Positions 28,944-38,931 of a stretch of DNA of 64,000 nt are shown here, one piece after another. The DNA is taken from the NCBI GenBank assembly GCA_052325505.1, contig JBKQUS010000133.1, positions 1,807-65,806 on the forward strand, in the 5' to 3' direction. The stretch's first letter is position 1; each line of letters begins with the position of its first letter. Under the pieces are notes generated by a model. The model was not told the DNA's origin. It worked only from the letters and a program-made list of their open reading frames with translations, and searched no databases. This stretch comes from Limisphaerales bacterium. GTDB taxonomy: Bacteria > Verrucomicrobiota > Verrucomicrobiia > Limisphaerales > Palsa-1400. A program made the translations under genes and the position numbers.

Positions 28944-29088
28944 GACCAGGGAATTCTTCATGCCGCGATATCCAGAGCGCGACGAAGCCATCCGCCGCGA
29001 ACCGCGCCCGCCGTACGCTTGGTACGGCGTCGGCAAAGTCCGCCCCTTCGGCGCAATGGAAAAAACCATCGCCGAAGGAGTCTATTAG
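28944..29088 (+). pseudogene. Orphan relic of the ligase-like gene 3' end (copy 2 of the 145-bp repeat)
   Basis: It translates to TREFFMPRYPERDEAIRREPRPPYAWYGVGKVRPFGAMEKTIAEGVY*. The end of the intact gene reads TREFFMPRFLERDEAIRREPRPPYAWDGVAEVRPFGAMEKTIVEGVY*. Weak similarity continues about 20 nt further upstream and then stops. Confidence 0.85.
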
Positions 29089-29098
29089 CCCGGGCGGA

Positions 29099-29686
29099 TC
29101 AACGGCTTTGCTGGAGCAAGGGAATAAGCCAACCTGGCAGCGGGTTGGCCAGGAAGGTCGCTTTTCCGTTTTCGAACTCCGCCACGCGATGGAAGGGATG
29201 ATTCAAATCATCGTTGTCGAAGATGATCACATGAGGCAGAACAGGAATCGCGGCTTTCAAATTCGCCAGCGTTCGCGGGAAACGTGTCACCAATTTGGCC
29301 AACGGCACGTCATGGCCTCCTTGCGAGACCCGCATCGCGACGCGTTGATCGGAAGTTTCAGGGCTGCCGATGCCGATAAAACAGAGCGCCACTTGATAGC
29401 CCCTCCTCATCGCGTCTTTCAGAAACGCCAGCTTGTCGCCCGCCGGATCGGAGAAGACGGTCTCGAACACAAAACTTTCGCGTTGATCCACCAGACGTTG
29501 CCGCAGCACCCCTGCCATTTTCGCCGCGTCATAAACATCGATCCCCAGTTCCCTCGCCAGGATGTCCGCATCGACCAGACGCAGTGCGCTGGGTTGAAGG
29601 TGAGTATGGTAAAATGTGGTCTTCCCGGCTCCGTTTGATCCGGCCAGAGCGACGATCACGGGACGTTTGTCGAGGGGCAAAATCAC
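29099..29686 (-). CDS. Zeta-toxin-like P-loop kinase (toxin candidate)
   Basis: 195 aa with Walker A LAGSNGAGKTTFY close to the N-terminus. Its size and layout resemble zeta/AAA_33-type toxins. It overlaps the upstream small gene by 4 nt. Confidence 0.65.
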   Translation of the reverse strand: MILPLDKRPVIVALAGSNGAGKTTFYHTHLQPSALRLVDADILARELGIDVYDAAKMAGVLRQRLVDQRESFVFETVFSDPAGDKLAFLKDAMRRGYQVALCFIGIGSPETSDQRVAMRVSQGGHDVPLAKLVTRFPRTLANLKAAIPVLPHVIIFDNDDLNHPFHRVAEFENGKATFLANPLPGWLIPLLQQSR

Positions 29687-30063
29687 TTTTTCCTGGGCGC
29701 ACCCACCCGGAACCGCCGGTTGACGAAACGCCCGACAGTGCGCTTCCCGCCTTCATCGATGCGCACCAGGAACCCCGGCTTGTTGGGGGCCGGTTCGTAA
29801 TGCGGATAGGGCAGCGTGTTGAGATACGTTTCCAGCCGTCTTCGGCCCTTGGAGGAATCGGCCGACGCCAGGCACTCCGAGAGAGGGCGGGGGCCGGCCA
29901 TTTTGCAGAGGGCCAGGGCTTGATCCCCTTTCAGCAACGGTTCGATGGCGCGGCCCAAATTGGCCCAAAACTCAATTTGTCCGGCGATGGATCGTTCCGC
30001 GATCTCGCCCGTCAAACGCGCATCCAGCACCAGGACATCCGAAAGCTTCACCGGTTGACTCAT
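29683..30063 (-). CDS. ParD-like antitoxin candidate
   Basis: 126 aa lying immediately upstream of, and overlapping, the zeta-like gene. The N-terminal region (VKLSDVLVLDARLTGEIAERSIAGQIEFWANLGRAIE) resembles my recollection of the ParD_like family. Confidence 0.5.
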   Translation of the reverse strand: MSQPVKLSDVLVLDARLTGEIAERSIAGQIEFWANLGRAIEPLLKGDQALALCKMAGPRPLSECLASADSSKGRRRLETYLNTLPYPHYEPAPNKPGFLVRIDEGGKRTVGRFVNRRFRVGAPRKK

Positions 30064-30210
30064 GGTGTCATGGTAGCATATTGCTACCGACTGTCAAACT
30101 ACCCGCCGCCAAGGCGTCCGGAAAAGAGACGAAACGCACAGTTAACTTCATGCTCAAAAAGTGGGCGGCGCAAAATCGGACTTCGCCATTCCAGATGCTC
30201 CCGCCAAACT

Positions 30211-31875
30211 TCAGCTTCCGGCCTTTTCCAGCATTTCCCGCGCGTGCTGCAGGGCGGTGTCGGTCTGGTCCCCCAGCATTCGGGCGATTTCACGCACGCG
30301 TTGCGCGGAGTCAAGCATTGTGATTTCGGATATGGTCCGGCCCGACTCGATCCGCTTGGTGACGACGTAATGCGCGGCGGCGCTGGCGACCACGGCAGGC
30401 AAATGCGTGATGCAGACCACCTGGTGCCGGCGGCCGATTTCCCGCATCTTCTCCCCCACCACCACCGCCGTTCCGCCGCCGACGTTGGCGTCGATTTCGT
30501 CGAAGACCAGCAGCGGAATTTCATCCTCGGCGGCCAAAACGGTTTTAAGGGCCAGCATGACGCGCGACATCTCGCCGGAGGAAGCGATGGCGCGCAATGG
30601 CCGCGCCGGTTCGCCGGCGTTGGGCGCGAACTGAAATTCAATTTCGTCCAGGCCGGAGGCGGAAGGGGTTTCGACGGCGCGCAAAGTGACTTCGAAATGG
30701 CTCCGTTGAAATCCCAGGCCCTGCAATTGTTTCATGGCCGCTTTGACCAGTTTGGGAATGGCCTTGTGGCGCTGAACGGAAAGTTCCCGGCCCAGGCGGG
30801 CTATCTCATCGCGGAGCGTTTGCAGCGCGCCGTTGATCCGCGCCAACTCGGCGTCGCGCTGTTCCAGGTTTTGCAGTTTCCTTTGCGCCTCTTCGCCGAA
30901 GGCGATGACCGCCGGCAGCGTCGCTCCGTATTTGCGTTTGAGTGACTGAACCAGATTGAACCGCTCTTCCAATTTCTGAAGCTGCGCCGGATCGACTTCG
31001 AGTCCGTCGGCGTAGCGGTGCAACGCCGAGGGTAACTCGTTCCAAACCGACATGGCCTGCTCATGGAGGCCTGTCAAGCTGGCGGCGGACGAATCGAGCC
31101 GTTGCAAGGCCTGGAGCGTCCGGCCCAGCGCGCCCGCCTGCCGCAACAGGGAATCCTCCTGTTCGCCCAAAAGGTTGAGCGCCTCCTGGCACAACTCCAG
31201 CAGCCGCGAGGCATTGCCGGCGCGTTGAAAATCCTCCGTCAACCGGCCCTCTTCGTCGGGCTGCAATCGCGCCGTGGAAATCTCCCGGCTCTGGAAGCGG
31301 AGCAGATCCAGTTGGCGGGCGTAGGTCTGTTCATCGACAATCAACACGGCTTTTTCATTTTCCAAATCAGAACTGCGCCGGATCAAGCCGGCGAACGTTT
31401 CACGGGTTGGATTCAGGCCGGCAAAGGCGTCGAGAATCTCCAGTTGTTTGGCCGGATGCAGCAGCGACTGGTGTTCGTACGGCCCGTGCATATCCACCAA
31501 TTCGCGCCCCACGGCAGCCAGCATTTGCAGCGTGGCGGGGGAGCCGTTGATGAACTGCCGGTTGGCCCCGGCGGCGGTCAGGACGCGTTTGAGCAGGAGC
31601 TGGTTGTCGACACAGGGTTCCAGCCCGTTTTCCTCAAGGAATTTTTGCAGGCGGCGCAGTGCCGGCCCTTCGAAAACCGCTTCCACCGAACAATTCTCGC
31701 ACCCGGCGCGGATCAGCTCGCGGTCCGCCCGTTCCCCCAGCGCCAGGTGCAGCGCGCCGATGATAATTGATTTGCCGGCGCCGGTCTCGCCGGTGATGGC
31801 ATTGTATCCCGGCTGCAATTGCAGCGTGAGATCAGAAACCAGGGCCAAATTCTTAATGCGCAACGTGCTTAACAT
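30211..31875 (-). CDS. recN: DNA repair protein RecN
   Basis: The ATG at 31875 gives MLSTLRIKNLALVSDLTLQLQPGYNAITGETGAGKSIIIGAL. Long coiled coils follow, then a C-terminal SGGEMSRVMLALK signature and LVFDEIDANVGG Walker B. Confidence 0.9.
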   Translation of the reverse strand: MLSTLRIKNLALVSDLTLQLQPGYNAITGETGAGKSIIIGALHLALGERADRELIRAGCENCSVEAVFEGPALRRLQKFLEENGLEPCVDNQLLLKRVLTAAGANRQFINGSPATLQMLAAVGRELVDMHGPYEHQSLLHPAKQLEILDAFAGLNPTRETFAGLIRRSSDLENEKAVLIVDEQTYARQLDLLRFQSREISTARLQPDEEGRLTEDFQRAGNASRLLELCQEALNLLGEQEDSLLRQAGALGRTLQALQRLDSSAASLTGLHEQAMSVWNELPSALHRYADGLEVDPAQLQKLEERFNLVQSLKRKYGATLPAVIAFGEEAQRKLQNLEQRDAELARINGALQTLRDEIARLGRELSVQRHKAIPKLVKAAMKQLQGLGFQRSHFEVTLRAVETPSASGLDEIEFQFAPNAGEPARPLRAIASSGEMSRVMLALKTVLAAEDEIPLLVFDEIDANVGGGTAVVVGEKMREIGRRHQVVCITHLPAVVASAAAHYVVTKRIESGRTISEITMLDSAQRVREIARMLGDQTDTALQHAREMLEKAGS

Positions 31876-32217
31876 GGCGGCAGCCCGCAGAGTAAAGTTC
31901 CCGGTCCGAACTTCAAAGTTTAAACTGCATGGCATGGGTGATTGAAAGTGGGTGAGATTCATCAATCATTCGCCCAACGGGAGAACATCATTCAGCCAGG
32001 GGTCGCCCCGATTCCCAGAGGGGCTACCCCAGGCCATGGTCCGTTATCCTCCCCTACTCGGAACGGGTTTCCGCTATTGGCCTGCACGAACTAATGATTG
32101 ATCGATTATCTTTTCATTGAAAGTGGCTCTATAAAACAGACATTATACGGAGTAGGTTGGACCGTTTACAGGTTCTTTAAATGATCCTGTAAGTTTGTGT
32201 CAACTCAACAACGCCGC

Positions 32218-34782
32218 ATGAAAATTCGCATTATAAAACCATTTGTTGCTTTGGGCGCTGTCGCGCTGCTGATCTCTTCGGGGTCGAATGGTTGTGCCCT
32301 GGCTGATCCTGCTCCTGCACCGTCAACGTTCGATGCTGCCGTTGCCGGCGTCTGCCATGGTCCGGCCGGTCGGTATGTGCTGTGGTATCAGCAGCCGGCA
32401 ACAAATTGGTATGAAGCACTTCCGGTCGGCAATGGCCGCCTGGGCGCGATGATTTTCGGTGACACGAAAATGGAGCACCTGCAGCTCAATGAAGACACGA
32501 TCTGGTCCGGCGGTCCGTATCAGCCGGCACGAGCCCCGGCACTGGAAGCTGTCAAGCAGGCGCGTGAATTGGTTTTCAAGGGCACACCGGAAGCGCAGAG
32601 AGAGGCTTGTGGCTTGCTTTACCAAAATGCGATGGGCCAACCCATGAAGGAAACCTCATATCAACTTCTGGGCGACCTGGCGCTGACATTCCCGAGCAAC
32701 GTCCTTCCTGTCACGGATTATTACCGCGCGTTGGATCTGGATACCGCCGTTGCGGTCACGACCTACAAGGTTGGTGACATCACCTACACCCGCGAGGAGT
32801 TTGCCAGTTATCCCGACCAGGTCATTGTGGCTCGCATGTCGGCGGATAAGCCCGGTAGTGTCAGTTTCACCGCCGCCTTTGCGTCGCCGCTCAAAGGTTT
32901 CCGGCAAACGGCCGAAGGCAATACGCTCGTGATGCAGGGCCGGGCTGGTGACTACAGAAAAACCGTCAGGGAATATTGGATGCCGGATCAAATCCCCCAA
33001 TCCGCCCGCACTCCCATCCACGACGTGGATGTTCCCGGCGTCATCGTCGCCCATACCCGGCTCGCCGCGAAAAATGACGGCGGCAAAGTCACTGTGACCA
33101 ACGATGGTCTCACGGTGGAAAACGCCAACTCGGTCACGTTGATCATTTCCGCCGCAACGAATTTCAAGAATTACCACGACGTTTCCGGCGACGCGAAAGC
33201 CCGGGCCGGCGCCGCGCTCAAAGCCGCGACAAAAAAATCATACGCGCAGTTGAAGTCGGCTCATCTGGCCGATTACCAGGCCCTGTTTCGTCGCGTTTCG
33301 ATTGATCTGGGCAGGACCGACGACGCAAGCCTGCCCACCAACGAGCGGATACCGAATTTTTCCAAGGGCAACGACCCGGATCTGGCGGCGCTTTACTTTC
33401 AGTTTGGACGTTACCTCCTGATTTCCTCCAGCCGCCACGGCGGTCAGCCTGCCAATCTACAGGGACTCTGGAACGGTGCAAACTTCCACACCGGCGAACT
33501 GGACATGAGCGGGAAGGAGTATTACGGCTCGCCGATGTCCCCCGCCTGGGGCAGCAAATATACGGTGAACATAAATACCGAGATGAATTACTGGCCCGCC
33601 GAAACTGCGAATCTCTCCGAGTGCGCCGAACCGCTCTTCGGGATGATCAAGGACCTTTCCGTTGCCGGCGCCGTGACCGCCAAGACCATGTATGGCGCCG
33701 ATGGCTGGGTCGTCCATCACAACACCGACCTCTGGCGTGGCACGGCTCCGGTGGATTTTCCTCCTACCGGCATGTGGCCAATGGCGGGTGCCTGGCTTTG
33801 CACCCATCTTTGGGAGCACTACCAGTTCGCCGGCGACAAGGCGTTCCTGAAGCAAGCCTATCCGCTGATGAAGAGTGCGTCCGAATTTTTTGTGGATTAT
33901 CTGGTGCCCGACCCAAACCATCCCGAATGGATGGTGACGTGTCCCTCGTTTTCGCCGGAGAACGGCGGTCTCTGTGCGGGGCCGGCCATGGATAACGGCC
34001 TGCTGCGTGACTTATTCGGCCAAACGGCGAAGGCTTCGGAGATTCTCGGCAAGGACGCCGCGTTTCGGAAACAGATTCTCGCCTTGCGGGCGAAACTGCC
34101 GCCGTTCAAGGTCGGCAAATGGGGACAGTTTCAGGAATGGCTGGATGACATGGACAATCCAAACGACAACAACCGGCATGTCTCGCAGCTCTACGCCCTT
34201 TTTCCCAGCAGCCAGATCAGTCCATCCGGCACACCGGAACTTTTCAATGCCGCAAAGGTCACGCTCAAAGGCCGCGGCGATGCGGGCACGGGCTGGAGTC
34301 TCGCGTGGAAAATCAATTTTTGGGCGCGCCTCCTTGACGGCGACCACGCCTATTTGATTTTGACGCATTTGCTCGACGCTCCGGGAAGCCACGGCAGTTC
34401 TTTTGATACCGGTGGCGGCACTTACCCTAATCTTTTTGACGCGCATCCGCCGTTCCAGATTGACGGCAATTTCGGCGCTGTATCCGGCATCACCGAAATG
34501 CTCCTGCAAAGCCAGGAGCGTTACGGAAACCGAAAGGCTCCGGGTGAAGAGGGTTGCATTATTGATCTGTTGCCCGCGCTGCCGAAAGCATGGCCTGACG
34601 GTTCGGTGAAGGGACTCCGGGCCCGCAGCGGCTTCGAGGTGGACATCGCATGGCAGGGCGGCAGGCTGACTGAAGCCACGGTGCATTCGCTCAACGGAAA
34701 TCCCGTAAGGCTTCGTTACGGCTCGACCACGCATAACTTGCATTTGAAAAAAGGCGAAAGCTTCCTCTGGGATGGGAAATGA
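32218..34782 (+). CDS. GH95-family alpha-L-fucosidase-like glycoside hydrolase, secreted
   Basis: It has a signal peptide [20 protein letters not shown]. The N-terminus [45 protein letters not shown] is the characteristic GH95 N-terminal domain. Length is about 850 aa. Confidence 0.85.
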   Translation: MKIRIIKPFVALGAVALLISSGSNGCALADPAPAPSTFDAAVAGVCHGPAGRYVLWYQQPATNWYEALPVGNGRLGAMIFGDTKMEHLQLNEDTIWSGGPYQPARAPALEAVKQARELVFKGTPEAQREACGLLYQNAMGQPMKETSYQLLGDLALTFPSNVLPVTDYYRALDLDTAVAVTTYKVGDITYTREEFASYPDQVIVARMSADKPGSVSFTAAFASPLKGFRQTAEGNTLVMQGRAGDYRKTVREYWMPDQIPQSARTPIHDVDVPGVIVAHTRLAAKNDGGKVTVTNDGLTVENANSVTLIISAATNFKNYHDVSGDAKARAGAALKAATKKSYAQLKSAHLADYQALFRRVSIDLGRTDDASLPTNERIPNFSKGNDPDLAALYFQFGRYLLISSSRHGGQPANLQGLWNGANFHTGELDMSGKEYYGSPMSPAWGSKYTVNINTEMNYWPAETANLSECAEPLFGMIKDLSVAGAVTAKTMYGADGWVVHHNTDLWRGTAPVDFPPTGMWPMAGAWLCTHLWEHYQFAGDKAFLKQAYPLMKSASEFFVDYLVPDPNHPEWMVTCPSFSPENGGLCAGPAMDNGLLRDLFGQTAKASEILGKDAAFRKQILALRAKLPPFKVGKWGQFQEWLDDMDNPNDNNRHVSQLYALFPSSQISPSGTPELFNAAKVTLKGRGDAGTGWSLAWKINFWARLLDGDHAYLILTHLLDAPGSHGSSFDTGGGTYPNLFDAHPPFQIDGNFGAVSGITEMLLQSQERYGNRKAPGEEGCIIDLLPALPKAWPDGSVKGLRARSGFEVDIAWQGGRLTEATVHSLNGNPVRLRYGSTTHNLHLKKGESFLWDGK

Positions 34783-37238
34783 ATGCTGTTCGATGCTCAT
34801 TCTTAAGTGGAACGGCAACGGCGATTGGCTTCATGCTGGTGGTCATGTTCTCTGGCGGTGCCATCCAGACCCATGCCGCACCGGTCCCCAATGGTTCCGC
34901 GGAAGTTCCTGGGATAGCGAACCCGCAGCCAAAAGTGGCACCACCGCTGACCAAGGTTCTTCGGATCGTACAGGATCCGGCCGGCCGGCAGCTTCAGTCG
35001 GCCTTCATCTGGACGGACGCCGCGGCAACCGGGGACAATCCGGGAGTGGCGGTTGGATTCCGTAAAAGTTTTAACCTGGAACGGATTCCCGCCAGCGCCT
35101 GCCTGCAACTCTTCGCCGACGCCCGCTATATCCTGTGGGTGAACGGAACCTACGTGGAGCGCGGTCCGGCCCGGTTCCAGCCCAACGGGCCTGAATACGA
35201 CTCGGTGGAGATCGCGGCTTTTTTGCAGGCCGGAGAAAACAGCATTGCCCTGCTGTGTGTCGGAAACCTCTCCGGGGGCAAGGTGATGAGGCATCCGCCG
35301 GGTTTGACTGCGACGCTTAAAATCGGGAAACGGACGCTTTGGTCCACGGACGAATCCTGGAAGTGGTCAGATTCCACCCGTTTCCGAGCCGTGAGTGCCA
35401 GTTGGCCGGACCTGGGTGAATCCTTGGTGGACGCCACCGTGGAAGACGGCGACTGGACGCAGCCCGGTTACGACGATATGCATTGGAAAACTGCGTCCAA
35501 GATTTCGGGAGCCTTATGGGGGCCGCTCACTTTGCGGCGAATTCCCCGCCTTAGGGAAACCGTCGTCCCGGTTCATTTTGCCAACGGGGTGAGCCTGCCG
35601 GTTACGCTTTCTGCCGGTGAGAAACTGGAATTCACGTCAGACCGGATTGTGCAGGCGTATCCGATGATCACCTTGGAAGCGGTGGCGGGAACGGTGTTGC
35701 AGGTTGAACCCTATGATGTCACCTACGTGGCCAAGGCCGGACCCCAGAGTTACTTTACCATCGACACGCGCGGGATTGCCAATGGCGCGGTCGTGGTCAG
35801 CAAGGGGCAGGCGACCATTCAGGGATTCAAGCTGGTGGAACGCCTCTATCCGTTTGATTGCCCGGCTTCCTTCACCAGTTCTGATTCGTTTCTGGACCGA
35901 CTCTGGGCAATGTGCGCCCGCTCCGGCCAGGTGCTCGGTGAGGATTCGTATGTTGACTGCGCCGACCGCGAACGCGTGGAGTGGATGGATGACACGCCGC
36001 CGGGATACGACATCACGCGCACGGCGATGGCCGTGACCGGCAGTGACGGCCACACCAACTTTGGAGATCCGAGACTGCTGGGGGAACTGATCCGCCGCAC
36101 GGCGCTCACGCTGCAGCCCGGTGGCTGGGTGAAGGCTCATACCTGTTCCGATCGCTTCGATATCCACGCCAAGATGGAAGACCGGGCTTGCGACTGGGTT
36201 GAGGGAGTGCGCCTTTACGAAGAAGCCACTGACGACAAAGACGCGGTGCTGGAAATCTGGCCGGCAATGGTCGCCCAGATGGACTACTTTCTGGATCGCC
36301 GCACCGAGCGAGGTTTGGTGCGCGCCCGCGATTGGGTCGTCTGGGGCAATCCGGTTGGCTATTTTACCGGTGAGGGAACCACGCTGAATGTCTTTGTTTG
36401 CCGTGCGCTGGAGGATGCGGCCAAGCTGGCGGCACTCATCGGCAAACGAGCCGACAGCCGCCGTTTTGCCAAAGCCGCCACCGATCTGAAACAGGCAATC
36501 AACACAGTGCTCTGGGACGAAGCTGCGGGCACTTATTATGCGGGATACTTCACCGATGCGGACGTTGCGGAGTCCAAGCGGAAGTTTTCTCTCCCCCGCG
36601 AAAACAACCTTGCTTCACCAACTCTTCATGCCAGCATCTTTGCCTTGGATCGGGGCGTGGTTCCAATTGAGCGGCGGGAGCGCGTCTTGCAAGCCACGTT
36701 GAAACAGGAGGCCGTGGGGAACGCACGCGTGATGACTTATTATTATCTGGCCAAACAACTCTATGCAATGGATGAGCCGGCTTATGACCAGCAGGTGCTC
36801 GACCTCTTCCGTAAAAAATGGTCGGCGATGGCGGCTTCGCCATGGCAGTGTTCGTGGGAGGATTTTGACGGAGGTTCCAAGGCGCATATCTACGGAATGT
36901 ATCCCGGATATTTTCTTGGCGCCTATGTGTTGGGGGTTCGCCGTGATGCCCCGGTTTCTTTCAAGGAACTTCGTATTGAACCTCATCTGGCCGACCTGGT
37001 CACAGCGAAGGGAACCGTTGTTACCGAATACGGGCCGGTGCCGGTCTCTTGGACAACTACCAGGGTTGATCTGACGTTCACCCTTACGGTTCCGCCGGGG
37101 ATAAAAACCACGCTATCCATTCCGTATCGTGCCGGTCACGAGAGCGTCCGGCTGGATGGCAAGGATGTAAAAGGAACCCACCGAGCAAACCGTTTGGAAA
37201 TCCTGCTCCGCGCAGGTGATCATCAGGCAAATTATTAA
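34779..37238 (+). CDS. GH78-like (alpha-L-rhamnosidase family) six-hairpin glycoside hydrolase
   Basis: 819 aa with an ATGA overlap with the GH95 gene. It shows [37 protein letters not shown] (rhamnosidase N-terminal-domain pattern) and a later (alpha/alpha)6-like region. Confidence 0.6.
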   Translation: MNAVRCSFLSGTATAIGFMLVVMFSGGAIQTHAAPVPNGSAEVPGIANPQPKVAPPLTKVLRIVQDPAGRQLQSAFIWTDAAATGDNPGVAVGFRKSFNLERIPASACLQLFADARYILWVNGTYVERGPARFQPNGPEYDSVEIAAFLQAGENSIALLCVGNLSGGKVMRHPPGLTATLKIGKRTLWSTDESWKWSDSTRFRAVSASWPDLGESLVDATVEDGDWTQPGYDDMHWKTASKISGALWGPLTLRRIPRLRETVVPVHFANGVSLPVTLSAGEKLEFTSDRIVQAYPMITLEAVAGTVLQVEPYDVTYVAKAGPQSYFTIDTRGIANGAVVVSKGQATIQGFKLVERLYPFDCPASFTSSDSFLDRLWAMCARSGQVLGEDSYVDCADRERVEWMDDTPPGYDITRTAMAVTGSDGHTNFGDPRLLGELIRRTALTLQPGGWVKAHTCSDRFDIHAKMEDRACDWVEGVRLYEEATDDKDAVLEIWPAMVAQMDYFLDRRTERGLVRARDWVVWGNPVGYFTGEGTTLNVFVCRALEDAAKLAALIGKRADSRRFAKAATDLKQAINTVLWDEAAGTYYAGYFTDADVAESKRKFSLPRENNLASPTLHASIFALDRGVVPIERRERVLQATLKQEAVGNARVMTYYYLAKQLYAMDEPAYDQQVLDLFRKKWSAMAASPWQCSWEDFDGGSKAHIYGMYPGYFLGAYVLGVRRDAPVSFKELRIEPHLADLVTAKGTVVTEYGPVPVSWTTTRVDLTFTLTVPPGIKTTLSIPYRAGHESVRLDGKDVKGTHRANRLEILLRAGDHQANY

Positions 37239-37496
37239 AAAGCCGTCTGGCTGTTCACATGCACTTCAATGTGCTCCACCAGTCGGATACTCCGTAACTT
37301 TTGTCACCGCAACAGTTGAACCATCGGAGGTGGTCAAGCCGGCCATGCGCTCATTTCAGCCGGAGCGGAGCAAGCCGGGCAATTCGGAGCGCACCCCTGG
37401 CCCTAGGCAAGCGAATCTAAATCTTGGCGTTTTTCTGATTGCGCGGGCGGGCAGAAGGGTGCCGGAGGCTGCGGATCACGAAAAACCCATTTGGGT

Positions 37497-37832
37497 TTAC
37501 AGGCCAAGCCAATTGCGCACGCCAGCTTCCACCAACCCCAATTGTTGCGTTGTCAATCGGCCGAGGAATCGCTCGGCTTTCACCGACGAAATTGTAATGG
37601 GGTTCTGGACCAGAAAGGCTCCGGGCTGAAGGAAGGGGACGTTGACCCGAATTTCCAGATCAGAACCGCGCAACGCCGTGGTGTGGGGAATCACGCTGAT
37701 CAATGCGCGGTCTGCTTCTTTGAATGGGCGGTTCAGAATCAGCGCGGGCCGAACCTTTTGAATCATTCCTAAATCCACCAGCCAAACTTCACCGCGACTG
37801 GGCACGGTTTTCCTCCTGATCCAACAATGCAA
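37497..37832 (-). CDS. PemK/MazF-family toxin
   Basis: 111 aa. The motifs RGEVWLVDLG...KVRPALILN...ISVIPHTT...RGSDLEI fit the MazF/PemK fold signature. Confidence 0.75.
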   Translation of the reverse strand: MHCWIRRKTVPSRGEVWLVDLGMIQKVRPALILNRPFKEADRALISVIPHTTALRGSDLEIRVNVPFLQPGAFLVQNPITISSVKAERFLGRLTTQQLGLVEAGVRNWLGL

Positions 37833-37986
37833 AAGTTTCCGCGGCGATTGCGGTTAAGTCGTCATCTGAGAGTGGCCCGTAGTCCGCTGGCGTCACCTTG
37901 CGGGCAATTGCTTCATAGACGGCCAGTTGTTCCACTTGCGGCAAGCTGTTGAATTCGTGGATGACGGCTTGGGCTTTGCTGCTCAT
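37789..37986 (-). CDS. Antitoxin candidate (addiction-module-component-like)
   Basis: 65 aa from the ATG at 37986 (MSSKAQAVIHEFNSLPQVEQLAVYEAIARKV...). It overlaps the MazF-like gene by 44 nt. It is small, acidic and upstream of the toxin. Confidence 0.5.
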   Translation of the reverse strand: MSSKAQAVIHEFNSLPQVEQLAVYEAIARKVTPADYGPLSDDDLTAIAAETFALLDQEENRAQSR

Positions 37987-38144
37987 GTAGTGAAGGTTAA
38001 ATGACGTTCGATGGATTTGCAAGCCGGATGATCAGCCGGATGATCCGCAGCGCAAGGAGCCGTTGCCCTTTGCTTTTGCCATAGGCTCATGCCTATAATG
38101 CGTGTCTGAGAAGGCACTCATTGGGAGTGTAAATTACAAGATCC

Positions 38145-38930
38145 ATGTCTTTCTCCTTTATTTTTTTGGGCAGCGGCACTTCGCAGGGCGTGCCGATCAT
38201 CGGCAAGGAATATCCGCCGGAATTCCTGGCCAACCCCAAAAACCACCGCACCCGGCCCTCCATCTACGTCTCGACCGGGGAAGTGAAGCTGGTCGTCGAT
38301 ACGACCCCGGAATTCCGCATCCAAATTCTACGCGAGAAGATTTGCCGCCTGGATGCCGTCATTTTCACCCATTCCCACGCCGACCATATCATGGGCCTGG
38401 ATGATTGCCGGCGCTTTTGCGACCTGCGCGGCGGCACCGCCCTGCCAATCTATGCCAACGCGGCCACCATGGCCGATTTGCAACGGGTTTATAAATATGC
38501 GTTCGGCAATCCCAACATTCCCAAGGGCTATTTCATCCCTGAACCGCACGTGATTGACGGGCCGTTTTCCCTGGGCGATTTGGAAATCATTCCCCTGCCG
38601 CTGCCGCATGGGAAATCGGGCAGCACCGGCTATTTGTTCATGCAGAACGGCGAAAAGCGCCTGACGTATTTGAGCGATTGCAGTGAAGTCCCTCCCGACG
38701 CGGTGGAGCGTGTGCGCGGCGTCGCCGTCGCCGTGCTGGACGCCCTGCGGCGTACCCCGCACCCCACCCACATGTGCCTGGACGAAGCGCTGACCGCCGC
38801 CAGGCGAATCGGCGCCGGACGAACTTATTTCACCCATCTGACCCACGATTACGACCACGACGCCGCCCAGTCGGAACTGCCTGAAGGCGTGTGGTTTGCG
38901 TATGACGGCTTGCGTGTCGAGATAAGTTAA
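38145..38930 (+). CDS. MBL-fold metallo-hydrolase (PhnP-like)
   Basis: 261 aa. [11 protein letters not shown] at the N-terminus and HSHADH match the beta-lactamase-fold HxHxDH motif. Confidence 0.8.
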   Translation: MSFSFIFLGSGTSQGVPIIGKEYPPEFLANPKNHRTRPSIYVSTGEVKLVVDTTPEFRIQILREKICRLDAVIFTHSHADHIMGLDDCRRFCDLRGGTALPIYANAATMADLQRVYKYAFGNPNIPKGYFIPEPHVIDGPFSLGDLEIIPLPLPHGKSGSTGYLFMQNGEKRLTYLSDCSEVPPDAVERVRGVAVAVLDALRRTPHPTHMCLDEALTAARRIGAGRTYFTHLTHDYDHDAAQSELPEGVWFAYDGLRVEIS

Positions 38931-38931
38931 T

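Noticed and set aside
28897-29088. 63-aa ORF as a real small gene
   Set aside because: Its C-terminal 47 residues duplicate the end of the ligase-like protein. It has no gene body, so it is a displaced gene end and not an independent gene.
22454-29098. Search for an integrase, recombinase or transposase that could explain the repeat-flanked island
   Set aside because: No ORF in or beside the island shows tyrosine/serine recombinase or DDE motifs on either strand. The mobility mechanism therefore remains inference only.
29584-30945. 453-aa plus-strand ORF
   Set aside because: It is antisense to the zeta-like, ParD-like and recN genes at once. It has low-complexity Arg/Gly/Gln composition.
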